From Eledone cirrhosa (taxonomy: Eukaryota), in assembly GCA_964016885.1 (NCBI GenBank), contig OZ024743.1, positions 76,322,001 to 76,386,000 on the forward strand: a stretch of DNA of 64,000 nucleotides. The letters run 5' to 3'. Positions 13,091 to 26,788 of this stretch are shown here, piece after piece. The position numbers were made by a program, and so were the translations under genes. The first letter of the stretch is position 1, and every line of letters begins with the position of its first letter. The notes beneath the pieces are model-generated. The model ran no database searches. It was given only the letters and a program-made list of their open reading frames with translations, and was not told the origin of the DNA.

Positions 13091-13837
13091 ACATCTTTAT
13101 CATCAAATTAACAATCCAGAAGACAATAAAAATATTCAACAAGTTTTAAAATTACTACTCCTCTTCTTTCCCCTTCTCCCTCTCTCCCTCCCTCTCTCTC
13201 TCTCTCTCTCTTTCCTTCTACCCCCCCCCCACTTTCCCTTCCCCCCTCTTTCTCTCTTTCCTTCTCTCCCCTCACTTTCCCTCTCTCCCTCGCTCTCTGT
13301 ATATACATATATAATGTGTATATATATATATATATATACATATAAGAAAAATGGAGTGCTGCGTGATTGCACATGGGTTATATATGAATAAAATTAGTCC
13401 TTCATCAGTGATCTTCCAACCTTCATTGGTTTTTCATCGCTTTAAAAATCATATACCTCTGGTTGGTGCGAGCAATAACTAAATAAAGTTATTGGGACAA
13501 GAAAAATAGGGTGAAACGAGCGAGACACGTAAACAAACAAAGATGGTAAACAAACACCATCTTTGTTTGTTTCTGGCAATATTACACAAATATGACCCTC
13601 CCCAAGTATAACAATATATATATATATATTGTTATACTTGGGGGGGGGGGGGTCATATTTGTGTAATATTGCCAGAATTAATAACAGAACACACTCACTG
13701 TTTGGTTGGTTTTCGCTTTTCGCTTCTGTGTTTTTATATCGGTTAATTTAATTTATTCGGTCCTCAATGTTGCCATTGACTGACCAACGGTCAAAAATAC
13801 AGATACAATATAGACACAAACACATATATATAGTCTA

Positions 13838-13877
13838 TCAAAGTTCTTTCGTTGCACATCTGCAACATCGTCAGTGG
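13838..13877 (-). ncRNA. Minimal type-I hammerhead ribozyme motif in the PLE 3' UTR
   Basis: Minus strand reads cca CTGACGA t gttgca-gatg-tgcaac GAAA gaac TT|tga. Stem II is a perfect 6 bp, stem I is decayed. About 250 nt downstream of the PLE ORF on the same strand. Confidence 0.75.
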
Positions 13878-14127
13878 TGCTATTTTTCCTCCCGTTGCAT
13901 CGTATGTCTACGCCATCTTTATTTAGTCTGTTTATATATTTATTTGTTTTTTTTTTGTCTTTGCGCATGCGTTTGCGTGTGTGTATAGTGTTCTGTTTGA
14001 TGTGTGTTCGTGTTTAGGTGACTGTGTATTGGTTACTGTATTCTATCTTTACTAGTGTGTGTTTATATGTGTTTGTTGTTATTGTGCTTGTGTATGTATT
14101 TATTTATTTATCTATATATTTATTTAT

Positions 14128-15540
14128 TTATACTTCTCTTAGGTCAGTGTTGTTTGTTTGGGTGTTGTTGTTATTCCATTCATTTTTTCTGTTTAGCCTT
14201 GGCCTTCTAAGTTCTATTTCACTGGCCTCTCTGATTTACCTATCTGCTGGGTCATTTCTATGTTTAGATATTATTCTAATTTCTATGTTGTCTATGTTAC
14301 CGTCGTGTTGTTGTCTGGCATGTTCGTATAGTACTGACCCGTTTTTTCGTCCTTTTAGATCCCCCCAGTGTTGGTCTATCCTTTCACCTATGCTACGAGC
14401 TGTCTCGCCTATGTATGCTGTTGTCATGTGTCTGCAAGTACCCTCTGTACATCTTATGCTATAGACTACGTTTCTAGTTTTACAGTTTATCCGGGGGTTT
14501 ACTTTACATATGATACATTTTCTATTAGTACAGTGGGTTTTCTTAAAAGGGTAGGTTTTGCTGATCAGGGGTTTTATGGTGGTTCCTGGCTTTTCTACCA
14601 CCTTAATCTTTAAGTGGGTCTTTCTCAGGGCCTTTCTACACTGGTTAGCTAATTTCCCTCCAGGGGTAGCGTCCACAAACATGACACTCTGGTATCTCTG
14701 GTTGTCGTACCATGAGGTGGCTTTTCCTATCTTATGTCTAGACTTATCTAAGCTATTCCATGATTTGCTCCTGTATAATGGGCAAATTCCTTTCATATCC
14801 AGTTCTATGAGGGGCTTATACTTCTCCGTGGCTCCTTCGTATACTCTGACTCTGTCTCTTTGGTTGTAGCCAGAGAACTGCATGCGGTTGATGAAGTGTT
14901 GGATGTGTCTTTCCATTTCTGTTGGGTCGCACATGCGGGACACGTTCTTCATCTCTCGTACCAAGTCTGCGATCAGAATATTAAACTTAGCACTACTGGA
15001 CATTGCTGAGTTTTTGAGTATCAGGTATTTGGAGGCCATGGGTTTAGTATAGTGTGAGTGGAGAATTTGGGCTCTCTCGTCTATAGTGTTAATCCAGAGT
15101 TCCATGTCTAATACAGGTAGTCTATTGTTAGGGTGTTTGGAAGGGTAGTCGATAGTTACAGTTATACTCTGGTGTATGGAATTAGCTATCTGCTGGATGC
15201 TTTCCATTGTGCTACGTTCTAAATCAAACTTGTTAGTGCTCTCTTGTGGGGAGAGCACTACTTTCCTTATCTATATTACTCTCACTCTGGAGCTTCCTGT
15301 CAATATCCATGCATGAATTTTTGCTGATAAGCATGCAGTTTTTCATCCATGGATTCACTGCGATACTGCTGAGCGACTTCCCTGGGTGTGAGTTTTTGAT
15401 TATCACACAGGGAATATCTCTCGAGGAGTTCCTTCCCAACTATCATGATCTTATCTGTTTCATGCAGATAGACTTGCTCGAGAGACGGGCTCCTACGCTT
15501 AGAGGTTCGTAGATGTTGTCGGGGGGATATGATACGACAT
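14128..15540 (-). pseudogene. Penelope-like element (PLE): RT C-terminal/thumb, Cys-rich linker and GIY-YIG endonuclease; 5'-truncated, premature stop
   Basis: ORF 14236-15258 has LPVLDMELW..HYTKPMAS..MQFSGY (RT end), CTNRKCIIC..CKT (Zn linker) and NVVYSIRC..AYIGET.RSIGERIDQH (GIY-YIG). The frame continues past TAA as IREASEIELRRPRLNRKNEW to a stop at 14128. Confidence 0.9.
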
Positions 15541-15558
15541 TGTATGTATGTATGTATG

Positions 15559-15850
15559 TTCTTCTGGTTTTATAATTTCACAAAGTTTTACTAAGTTTCT
15601 AATAGAGAGAGAGTCGGTTTCTAACATAGACACAAGACTCTCTCATTGGAATTTACACAACATCAACTAGGTAGATATGTATGTATGCATGCATGTGTAG
15701 ATATGGATGTTATTGTATGTGTGGATGTGTATATTTTGAGTTGTATGTGTGCATGTGTATATGCTTTGTATCTGTACATGTGTATATGCAGTTATTAGAT
15801 GCAAAATCTTTGGAATGTTTTACATATTTTTACTGTTCCATTAATGGATG
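15559..15850 (-). mobile_element. Isolated 3' UTR of the same (CATA)n-associated family
   Basis: gttcttctggttttataatttca..gagtcggtttctaacatagacac..ttactgttccattaatgga matches 17478-17645. Confidence 0.8.
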
Positions 15851-15878
15851 TATGTATGTATGTACGTACGTATGTATG

Positions 15879-17450
15879 TTATCTCTTTCTCTTAATTTCG
15901 AGTATATTTTTGACCGGCCACCTTCCTGGTGGCAAGGTTGTAAAAGAAAAGAAATTGTCATCCCTTGAATCGCAAGAATGTTTTGCAAATTTTGAAGGTG
16001 CCAGCTATGGCAGCCATTTGTAGACTATGAATTAGGGAGCTGCTCTCTTTGTCCGTAAATCCAAGTTCAGTTATACATTGGCCCAAGCGGGTTGGTATAT
16101 AACCCGTAGGTCCAATAATGATGGGTAAGAAGCTAAAGGTGTATCTTGGATACTGGATTAGTAAACAATGGTCAGTAGATGTCCTCCTTCTCCTGTATTT
16201 TTCTGACAAAGTTTACATCAAGTGGGCAGTTGATCTCCACAACAGAACACGTTTTCAATGTGTGGTCCCAAACAACAATATCAGGCCGGTTGTGCTTTAA
16301 TTTGGTGGCAGTTTTTATTTTCGGGTTCCACCAGTATTCCTTAGTGCCATCTGTCTCAATATATTCTTCCTCGTTTGTTAATTTTGTTTTCCGAAGTGCG
16401 TTCCAGATGGTTCTAACTATCCCACCGCGTCTCATGGGGAGGTAGTAGCTGGCAACAATGTGGCTTACATCTTCGATCATTGTTTTACACAGCCTGCATT
16501 TATTGTCAGCTGATGGCCCTCCTCTTTTGTGCAGCAGATATTTGGTAGGGAGTTCTTGTTCCTGTATTGCATAGAGATATCCCTCAAGGTGTGATGTCAT
16601 AAACTTGTCGGAACTCCATGCCAGACTTTTTGAGTGATTTATCCCCTCTATGGTCTGTGTTTTACGTCTCAAGTATCCGTGCAAAACTTTTTCTGTAAAT
16701 TGGTCAATTTTTTCATCTTGTTTGAACATTGAATAGGATCTTCCGATTTCTCTGGGTGAGAGACTTATATCAGGCTTTATTCCATATCTCTCCTCCAGAT
16801 CAGTGGCTATCCTTATGATATTTTTTTCTTCATGCTCATAAACCTGGGCAAGATGGTTGCCAACCTTTTTCCTCTGTTGAAGATGTTGCTTCAGTGTTAC
16901 TATCCGGGTCTCATATGTTGTTAATATGGATTTTAGACCCCGGCCACCTTCCTTGCGTGATAAGGATAGCCTATCCACATCACCATTGATGTTAAAGTTC
17001 CCAGTAATACTGAGAAGTTTGCGAGTTCTAACATCCATTTTGCAATGACCAGTTCAGCAGGCCAAATGTTGGCGTTAGAATTGGCACAGCATAAGTATTG
17101 TGGGCAATGTACTTGTTGTACGCTGACAGTTCTGATGACCATATTTTCTTTACTCTTCTGAGGTTTTCAGTTCTGGTTCTCTCCTTATTTATGGGTACAT
17201 CATATCTGACATTCTCATCCTGTCCAAGATATCTGTAGTTGTCACCTGACTGTAGAGGTTGTATTGTCAGGCCGTTCATCTCTAGATTTCTAGAGGAGGG
17301 CACAGCTCTTCCACGTTTTACTGCCAAATATGCACACTTGAACTCACCAAATTTCATTTTGATGTCTGTTGAAAATTGTGTAATGAGATCCAATTGTTTC
17401 TTGATGTCATTGATATTTGGCCCATACAACTTCTGGTCATCAACAAAGAA
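15879..17450 (-). pseudogene. Degenerate R4-clade-like RLE non-LTR retrotransposon (RT C-terminal, CCHC and RLE)
   Basis: Frameshifted ORFs give IKMKFGEFKCA, YRYLGQDE, RKEGGRGLKS, AIQEQELPT, CRLCKTMIEDVSHIVA, HNRPDIVVWD and PIIIGPTG. Flanked by (TATG)n. Confidence 0.9.
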
Positions 17451-17478
17451 TATGTATATACGTATGTATGTATGTATG

Positions 17479-19750
17479 TTCTTTTGGTTTTATAATTTCA
17501 AAAATGTTTGCCAATAGAGAGAGTCGGTTTCTAACATAGACACCAGACTCTCTCATTGTTTTTTTATCTGTATATGTGTCTATGCAGTTATTAGATGCAA
17601 ATTTTTTGGAATGTTTTACATATTTTTACTGTTCCATTAATGGATTGTACTTTTAATTTCCTAACTAGTTATGAAGCTCAGCTTCTCAAGATTTGTATTG
17701 AGGCAGTTACTAACATATCCCAGTGCCCCAATAATCACAGGCATAAATCTGAAGGTGTAATCAGGGTGGAGTATCTGCAGATTTCTCATTAGTTCTGCAA
17801 AAATATTCTCCTTTTCGCTAATCTTTGATATTATATTGGCATCTGCTGGGCAGGTAACTTCCACTACTGTGCATGCCTTCTTTTCCCCGTCCCATATCAT
17901 TATATCTGATATGTATGTATGTGTGTATGTATGAGGAGCAGGTTTTAAATGTGTGGTCCCAAACCATATCAGGCCGGTTGTACTTTAAGTTGGTGGTGGT
18001 CTTTTATTTTTAGGTTCCACCAGTATTCCTTTGAGCCACCAGTCTCAACATATTCCTCTGTATTTGAGTTGATTTTCGTCTTCTGTAATGTATTCCAGAT
18101 CGTTCTAGTTATCACATCATGCCTCATGAGAGGTAGTAACGAGAAGACATTCTTTCACAGCAGCTTATAATGTGACGAACGTTTTCGGACTTTCTTTTGC
18201 ACAGCATACATTTGTTATAAACTGATGACTTTCCTATTTGGAGCTGTAGCTACTTGGTGGGGATTTCTTGTGCCTGGATGGAGATATTTTTCAAGGTGGG
18301 ATGTTGTCAGGCTTTTAATAAGGTTTAATTCCTTTGTGGTCTGTATTTTTCCTCTTAAGTATCCATGTAGAACCTTCTCAGTGAATTGAGTAGAGTCTTC
18401 CAATGTTCCTGGGAGTGATATTTGTATCATCGTTTATTTCATGTCTCTATTCTATATCAGTGGCAATATTATTGCTACCATGCTCATAAACGTAGGCGAG
18501 ATGGCTGCTGAGCTTGTTCGTCTGTTGAAAATGTTACTTCAGTGATATTATCCGGGTCTTGTATGATATTAATATGGATTTTAGGCCAATCTCCTTGCGT
18601 AAGAAATATACTCTAACCCCATCAACATTGATATTAAAGTTTCCAGTAACACTGAGCAGCTTACTACTACTTATATCTCGCTCAGTTCTTGAAATGACCG
18701 ATACAATAGGTAGAATGTTGGCGTTAGGAAGGGCACATGTGGATGTGGATGATTTTAGTTATATCTCTGTTATCACCAAGATAATGTTTTACTGTCGTTG
18801 CTAGGGCATATAAACAGGCGTTGATTTGCCAACATGTGGGGGTTTTAATTTGTCATAAATATTCATTTCTTATTTCGTCAATAGCATGTAAGATTTCATT
18901 ATTTGGTTTTATTTTGTTTAGTATTGTTGTTTTATTACGTTCAGCAAGAGAAATGTTTATACATGAATTAATTTCTTTCTGGAAGATTGCATTATTTATA
19001 CTTTTGATTATTGTGCCTATAGTAGAAACAATTATCGATAGTATTTTCCACAACAGTCGAGGCAGACTCAGTTGACACACGTGGTGCCAAATTTCTTCCC
19101 GTCATAGTTGTTTCAAGGCGCTGTTCGACCTGGTTGCTAGGAAGTCTAGTAGCATGGTGACCTGTAGCAGGTGTTGTTGATTCCATGTTTGTTGTGGGGG
19201 ACTTACAATTAATAATATTTATCTTATTTTTAAGTTCAACAAACGTCGTTTGTTGGCGTAATTGTTTCGCTGTGAAATAATTTAGCTCTGGGTGTATTTC
19301 GTCCCAGTATAGCTTCATTATGTTCATATAGCCAACGGAGGGATTGTATTTTGCCCTTTTATAACAATTAAATAAATCATCATTAAATTAGTAACCCCAA
19401 GAGAAATGCGATTTATAATTTCGGTTTCTTCTGTAGCTACAACTGAATGAATTTTGTTTACCTTTCTCATTGATTTTCTTCGGTAAATTGTTCTCGTTGT
19501 TTGTGTTCGGTAAATTTTTGTTGGTGTTGATGTGTACATCATGCTGTTTGTAGAATATCCTTGTAAAATTAATTTAGTATTTAGTCGGATATCTCTACGA
19601 ATTCGAATAAAAGGTGTCTTCACTGGGTATAGTTAGAAGAATTTATTCAACATGACTGGTAGTTGTGGATTTACTGTCAGAGATAGTATTTATATTAAAT
19701 TTAATGAATAGTCTCCCACACCAAAATGTCCGACTGGTCGCGTTGATTGT
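17479..19750 (-). pseudogene. Second, more decayed and internally deleted R4-clade-like element
   Basis: VVEVTCPADANI..KENIFAELMRNLQILHPDYTFRFMPVIIGALG, QFTEKVLHGYLR and an N-terminal MKLYWDEIHPEL..TAKQLRQQ. Its 3' UTR matches 15559-15850 and 35211-35277. Confidence 0.82.
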
Positions 19751-20008
19751 CTGTGTATGTATATATGTATGTATGTTATGTCGAGTCACTCTTGAGTACT
19801 ACTGGTAACATGTAACCCAGTACAACCTGTCACATGGTCAAGTCGTCGGCGACTAAACCAGCAACCCCACCAAGTTTACTTGGTGAGGACGATGATTTTG
19901 GAAACCCCCGCAGGACAAAAAACAAAACCTGACAAAGGGCAAAAGAACTCATAAGAGTCAACAGCCATCCAAAAATGTGTAAATATATGTATACATGTAT
20001 GCATATAA

Positions 20009-20067
<59 letters not shown>

Positions 20068-20270
20068 AACATTTCGCTCTACATGGCTGAATACAATAAA
20101 TATAATCTGAGTTTTTCGAATATTAATAATAACATTCGATTCGTTTGTAATTATGCAAACAAGCCTCAATTGTATAGCCATGTCAGTAGAATGAACACTT
20201 CATTCTTGCTCTTATGTTGGCATGCGAACATATATATATATATACATGTATGCATGTGTATGTATGTATG

Positions 20271-20629
<359 letters not shown>

Positions 20630-20870
20630 GTATATATATATATGTATATATATATATGTATATATATATATGTATATATGTAGATAAATCTACCAAGAGT
20701 TTACGGTAGTGTTCAATCCGTATGAAGAACTCAATGTATTCCGGATATCATGGAAAGAAGAGATGTAATGAAAAATCACTTTCGGTGAAAGATAAACGGT
20801 ATACAGAGTCAAGATAAAATATTAAACAAATAATGAATAAACAATTCCTTATATTAAACAAAAAAAGTTC

Positions 20871-21018
20871 ATTATTTAACGATCGTTTCTAGGATATATA
20901 TGTGTTAGAGTTGGCATGCATATTCAACAGATCTATGTACAAAATTATACAAAATTATACAAACTATCAAGATTAAATATACATACCAACACATATATAC
21001 GCCGTCTTCAGAAATAAA
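20871..21018 (-). ncRNA. Mirror hammerhead motif
   Basis: Reverse complement of 21019-21166. Confidence 0.7.
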
Positions 21019-21166
21019 ATTATTTCTGAAGACGGCGTATATATGTGTTGGTATGTATATTTAATCTTGATAGTTTGTATAATTTTGTATAATTTTGTAC
21101 ATAGATCTGTTGAATATGCATGCCAACTCTAACACATATATATCCTAGAAACGATCGTTAAATAAT
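21019..21166 (+). ncRNA. Hammerhead motif with ~115-nt stem II domain
   Basis: attattt CTGAAGA c..tatatatgtgtt [..] aacacatatata.. GAAA cgatcg TT|aaataat. Stem I is 7 bp, stem III is palindromic, the base of stem II is imperfect. Confidence 0.72.
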
Positions 21167-21228
21167 GAACTTTTTTTGTTTAATATAAGGAATTGTTTAT
21201 TCATTATTTGTTTAATATTTTATATATG

Positions 21229-21277
<49 letters not shown>

Positions 21278-21282
21278 GTATA

Positions 21283-21384
<102 letters not shown>

Positions 21385-21399
21385 CATGTGTATGTATAT

Positions 21400-21730
21400 G
21401 CGCTGGATTTCCAATCTCGCAGTTAAACCACTGGGAGTGAAAGACCCCTAGCCTTTGTCAGGGTATTCTTCTAGGAGAAGGCAACTCAGGAAACTGGGAT
21501 AATTCGGATATAAAACCTGCGGCTCAGTAGTTACCGATGATGTTGATCTTTTCTTCTTTTCGGGTTATAGGTACTGTCGGTCAGAGAGTGGGGTTGGCTC
21601 AGTGCACAGTCTTTCCTCACTTTAAAAAAATCTTCAGGCACAGGCATTGCACGATAGCATTAAATGATAATTATTAATAATGTTATATCGTGCAATGGTC
21701 ATACTCGATAACGAAGGGCAGCCATCATGT
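21400..21730 (+). mobile_element. Non-autonomous retroposon (likely RTE-partner SINE) with (TGTA)n tail; inverse copy at 34843-35133
   Basis: Two diverged copies share gttaaaccactgggagtgaa..ctgcggctcagtagttaccgatgatgttgatcttttcttcttttcgggttata..gcagccatcat, with a long terminal hairpin cattgcacgata..tatcgtgcaatg. Confidence 0.75.
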
Positions 21731-22896
21731 ATGTATTTATGTGTGTATGCATGTATGTATTAGTGTATATTTTTGTATGTATGGATGCATGTATGTATGT
21801 ATGTGTATTTTTGTATGTATGTATATCATTCTGACATAAAACCTGCGACTTCATTTCCATCCAATGGTGTACACCAGTTCATCTTTTTCGGTAAACGCAT
21901 TCGATGTTCAGAGAGACGGATTGGCTCCGTGCAAAGCCTTAGCTCACTTAAAAAAGCTTGATCTGTGACATATTTTGTGATGCATGGTATTGCTGGCCAT
22001 AGGCAAGTCCCTAGCAGGACTAAGAAGCCACGTCTGTGATGCTCATGTTTAAGTATCAAGTGATAGCATTATTCGAAATCAAGTTACAGCCATCATCATG
22101 TATGTATGTATGTATGTATGTAGGTATCTATGTATGTGTGTGTGTGTATGTAAGTGCGCATGTATGTATATATGTATACACGCATATATGTATGTATATA
22201 TGTATGTATGTAAACGTATATGTATATCTATGTGCAATCGTGTGTGCTGCAATATTTCTTTAACAGAAACCGCTTAATGAAAAGCGGAAGGACTAGGCTC
22301 AGGGCCCTGTTCAGTACCTGAGAAGGGTTTGGAGGAAGCAGGGGGAAGAAGTTTCTCTCAGATCAGGCAACTGGCCCAAATATAGGATAGACTCCACTGA
22401 AGACATCCAATGGTCAGGTGTTGGTGTTTAGGCAACCGTTCAGGTCTACCAACCCTTCTGTGTGAATACAACAACAACAACCACACAAACGACACCAGAA
22501 ATAACATCAAAACCGACAACAACAACAACAACAAAAACAACCACAGCGGCAACAACAACAATCGCAACAGCGATAACAACATTAACAACATTATCAACAA
22601 CAATAGCAACAGAAACATCATGCAAGAAAAACAACAACAATAATAACAGCAGCAACAACAACAACAACAACAGCAACAGCATTAACGTCAAACCAACAAC
22701 AACAACATCAAAACGACAGCAGCAACAACAACAGCAATAACAACAACAACAGCAATAACAACAACAACAACAACAATCACAGCAGCAAAGTAACAACAAC
22801 AGCAACAACAACAACAACAACAACAATAACAGACAAAAGGCAAACAGAAAACCTTGGTCTGAAGACATGACTGGGCGTCTACGATGATTAATACGT

Positions 22897-25800
22897 AACA
22901 CTGTATACTGTGTTGTTTAATGGGGTGGATTAGAGCTGAACACTGTATACCGTGTTGTTTAATGGGGTGGATTAGAGCTGAACACTGTATACCGTGTTGT
23001 TTAATGGGGTGGATTAGAGCTGAACACTGTATACTGTGTTGTTTAATGGGGTGGATTAGAGCTGAACACTGTATACCGTGTTGTTTAATGGGGTGGATTA
23101 GAGCTGAACACTGTATACCGTGTTGTTTAATGGGGTGGATTAGAGCTGAACACTGTATACTGTGTTGTTTAATGGGGTGGATTAGAGCTGAACACTGTAT
23201 ACCGTGTTGTTTAATGGGGTGGATTAGAGCTGAACACTGTATACCGTGTTGTTTAATGGGGTGGATTAGAGCTGAACACTGTATACTGTGTTGTTTAATG
23301 GGGTGGATTAGAACTGAACACTGTATACCGTGTTGTTTAATGGGGTGGATTAGAGCTGAACACTGTATACCGTGTTGTTTAATGGGGTGGATTAGAGCTG
23401 AACACTGTATACTGTGTTGTTTAATGGGGTGGATTAGAGCTGAACACTGTATACCGTGTTGTTTAATGGGGTGGATTAGAGCTGAACACTGTATACCGTG
23501 TTGTTTAATGGGGTGGATTAGAGCTGAACACTGTATACTGTGTTGTTTAATGGGGTGGATTAGAGCTGAACACTGTATACCGTGTTGTTTAATGGGGTGG
23601 ATTAGAGCTGAACACTGTATACCGTGTTGTTTAATGGGGTGGATTAGAGCTGAACACTGTATACCGTGTTGTTTAATGGGGTGGATTAGAGCTGAACACT
23701 GTATACCGTGTTGTTTAATGGGGTGGATTAGAGCTGAACACTGTATACCGTGTTGTTTAATGGGGTGGATTAGAGCTGAACACTGTATACCGTATTATTT
23801 ATTAGGGTGGATTAGAGCTGAACACTGTATACCGTGTTATTTAATAGGGTGGATTAGAGCTGAACACTGTATACCGTGTTATTTAATAGGGTGGATTAGA
23901 GCTGAACACTCTATACCGTGTTGTTTAATGGGGTGGATTAGAGCTGAACACTGTACACCGTGTTGTTTAATGGGGTGGATTAGAGCTGAACACTGTATAC
24001 CGTGTTGTTTAATGGGGTGGATTAGAGCTGAACACTGTATACCGCGTTGTTTAATGGGGTGGATTAGAGCTGAACACTGTATACCGTGTTGTTTAATGGG
24101 GTGGATTAGAGCTGAACACTGTATACCGTATTATTTATTAGGGTGGATTAGAGCTGAACACTGTATACCGTGTTATTTAATAGGGTGGATTAGAGCTGAA
24201 CACTGTATACTGTGTTATTTAATAGGGTGGATTAGAGCTGAACACTCTATACCGTGTTGTTTAATGGGGTGGATTAGATATGAACACTGTATACCGTGTT
24301 GTTTAATGGGGTGGATTAGAGCTGAACACTGTATACCGTGTTGTTTAATGGGGTGGATTAGAGCTGAACACTGTATACCATGTTGTTTAATGGGGTGGAT
24401 TAGAGCTGAACACTGTATACCGTATTATTTATTAGGGTGGATTAGAGCTGAACACTGTATACCGTGTTATTTAATAGGGTGGATTAGAGCTGAACACTGT
24501 ATACCGTGTTATTTAATAGGGTGGATTAGAGCTGAACACTCTATACCGTGTTGTTTAATGGGGTGCATTAGAGCTGAACACTGTATACCGTGTTGTTTAA
24601 TGGGGTGGATTAGAGCTGAATACTGTATACCGTGTTGTTTAATGGGGTGGATTAGAGCTGAACACTGTATACCGTGTTGTTTAATGGGGTGGATTAGAGC
24701 TGAACACTGTATACCGTATTATTTATTAGGGTGGATTAGAGCTGAACACTGTATACCGTGTTATTTAATAGGGTGGATTAGAGCTGAACACTGTATACCG
24801 TGTTGTTTAATGGTGTGGATTAAAGCTGAACACTGTATACCGTGTTGTTTAATGGGGTGGATTTGAGCTGAACACTGTATACTGTGTTGTTTAATGGGGT
24901 GGATTAGAGCTGAACACGGTATACCGTGTTGTTTAATGGGGTGGATTAGAGCTTAACACTGTATACTGTGTTGTTTAATGGGGTGGATTAGAGCTGAACA
25001 CTGTATACTGTGTTGTTTAATAGGTTGGATTAGATCTGAACACTGTATACCGTTTTGTTTAATGGGGTGGATTAGAGTTGAACACTGTATACTGTGTTGT
25101 TTAATGGGGTGGATTAGAGTTGAACACTGTATACCGTGTTGTTTAATGGGGTGGATTAGAGCTGAACACTGTATACCGTGTTGTTTAATGGGGTGGATTA
25201 GAGCTGAACACTGTATACTGTGTTGTTTAATGGGGTGGATTAGAGCTGAACACGGTATACCGTGTTGTTTAATGGGGTGGATTAGAGCTGAACACTGTAT
25301 ACCGTGTTATTTAATGGGGTGGATTCGAGCTGAACACTGTATACCGTGTTGTTTAATGGGGTAGATTAGAGCTGAACACTGTATACCGTGTTGTTTAATG
25401 GGGTGGATTAGAGCTGAACACTCTATACCGTGTTGTTTAATTGGGTGGATTAGAGCTGAACACTGTATACCGTGTTGTTTAATGGGATGGATTAGAGCTG
25501 AACACTGTATACCGTGTTGTTTAATGGGGTGGATTAGAGCTGAACACTGTATACCGTGTTGTTTAATGGGGTGGATTAGAGCTGAACACTGTATATCGTG
25601 TTGTTTAATGGGGTGGATTAGAGCTGAACACTGTATACCGTGTTGTTTAATGGGATGGATTAGAGCTGAACACTGTATACCGTGTTGTTTAATGGGGTGG
25701 ATTAGAGCTGAACACTGTATACCGTATTATTTATTAGGGTGGATTAGAGCTGAACACTGTATACCGTGTTATTTAATAGGGTGGATTAGAGCTGAACACT

Positions 25801-26345
25801 GTATACCGTGTTATTTAATAGGGTGGATTAGAGCTGAACACTCTATACCGTGTTGTTTAATGGGGTGGATTAGAGATGAACACTGTACACCGTGTTGTTT
25901 AATGGGGTGGATTAGAGCTGAACACTGTATACCGTGTTGTTTAATGGGGTGGATTAGAGCTGAACACTGTATACCGTATTATTTATTAGGGTGGATTAGA
26001 GCTGAACACTGTAGACCGTGTTATTTAATAGGGTGGATTAGAGCTGAACACTGTATACCGTGTTTTTTAATGGGGTGGATTAGAGCTGAACACTCTATAC
26101 CGTGTTGTTTAATGGTGTGGATTAGAGCTGAACACTGTATACCGTGTTGTTTAATGGGGTGGATTAGAGCTGAACACTGTATACCGTGTTGTTTAATGGG
26201 ATGGATTAGAGCTGAACACTGTATACCGTGTTGTTTAATGGGGTGGATTAGAGCTTAACACTGTATACCGTGTTGTTTAATGGGGTGGATTAGAGCTGAA
26301 CACTGTATACCGTGTTGTTTAATGGGGTGGATTAGAGCTGAACAC
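22897..26345. repeat. 42-bp tandem satellite, ~82 units
   Basis: Unit aacactgtataccgtgttgtttaatggggtggattagagctg. Confidence 0.99.
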
Positions 26346-26728
26346 GGGATGGGTAGGATGAGGTTGGTGGTGGAGGGGTGATGGTGGTGGTTGGAGTGGT
26401 GGTGGATATATCAGTTGTCGTCGAGGGGGGCGTTATTGTTGTTATTGTTAGTGATGATGCTAGTAGTAGTGTTAGTAGTGTTGGTGGTGGTGGTGGCAGT
26501 GGTGGTGGTTGTGTTGGTGGTGGTGTTGGTGGTGGTGGTAGTGGTAGTGTTGGTGATGCTGATGGTGGTGGTAGTGTTTGTGGTAGTAGTGTTGGTAGCG
26601 TTGGTCGTGGTAGTGTTGGTGATGATGTGGTGGTGGTATTGTTGGTAGTGTTGGTGTTGGTGGTAGTGTTAACAATGCTGATGTGGGTGATGACGGTTGG
26701 TAGCTATGTTGGTATCGTTGGAGAATGA

Positions 26729-26788
<60 letters not shown>

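Larger units (their letters stand above)
20814..21223. repeat. Near-perfect palindrome, ~204-bp arms, 2-nt loop
   Basis: tcttcagaaataa aa ttatttctgaaga; the right arm abuts (TA)n. Confidence 0.97.

Noticed and set aside
22397-22430. CTGAAGA plus hairpin; similar orphan cores at 13402-13408 (-) and 46913-46919 (-)
   Set aside because: No correctly placed GAAA, stem III or stem I.
22897-26345. CRISPR-like array or metallothionein-like Cys-rich protein
   Set aside because: Contiguous identical units without spacers, eukaryotic context, and the frame is broken by stops.
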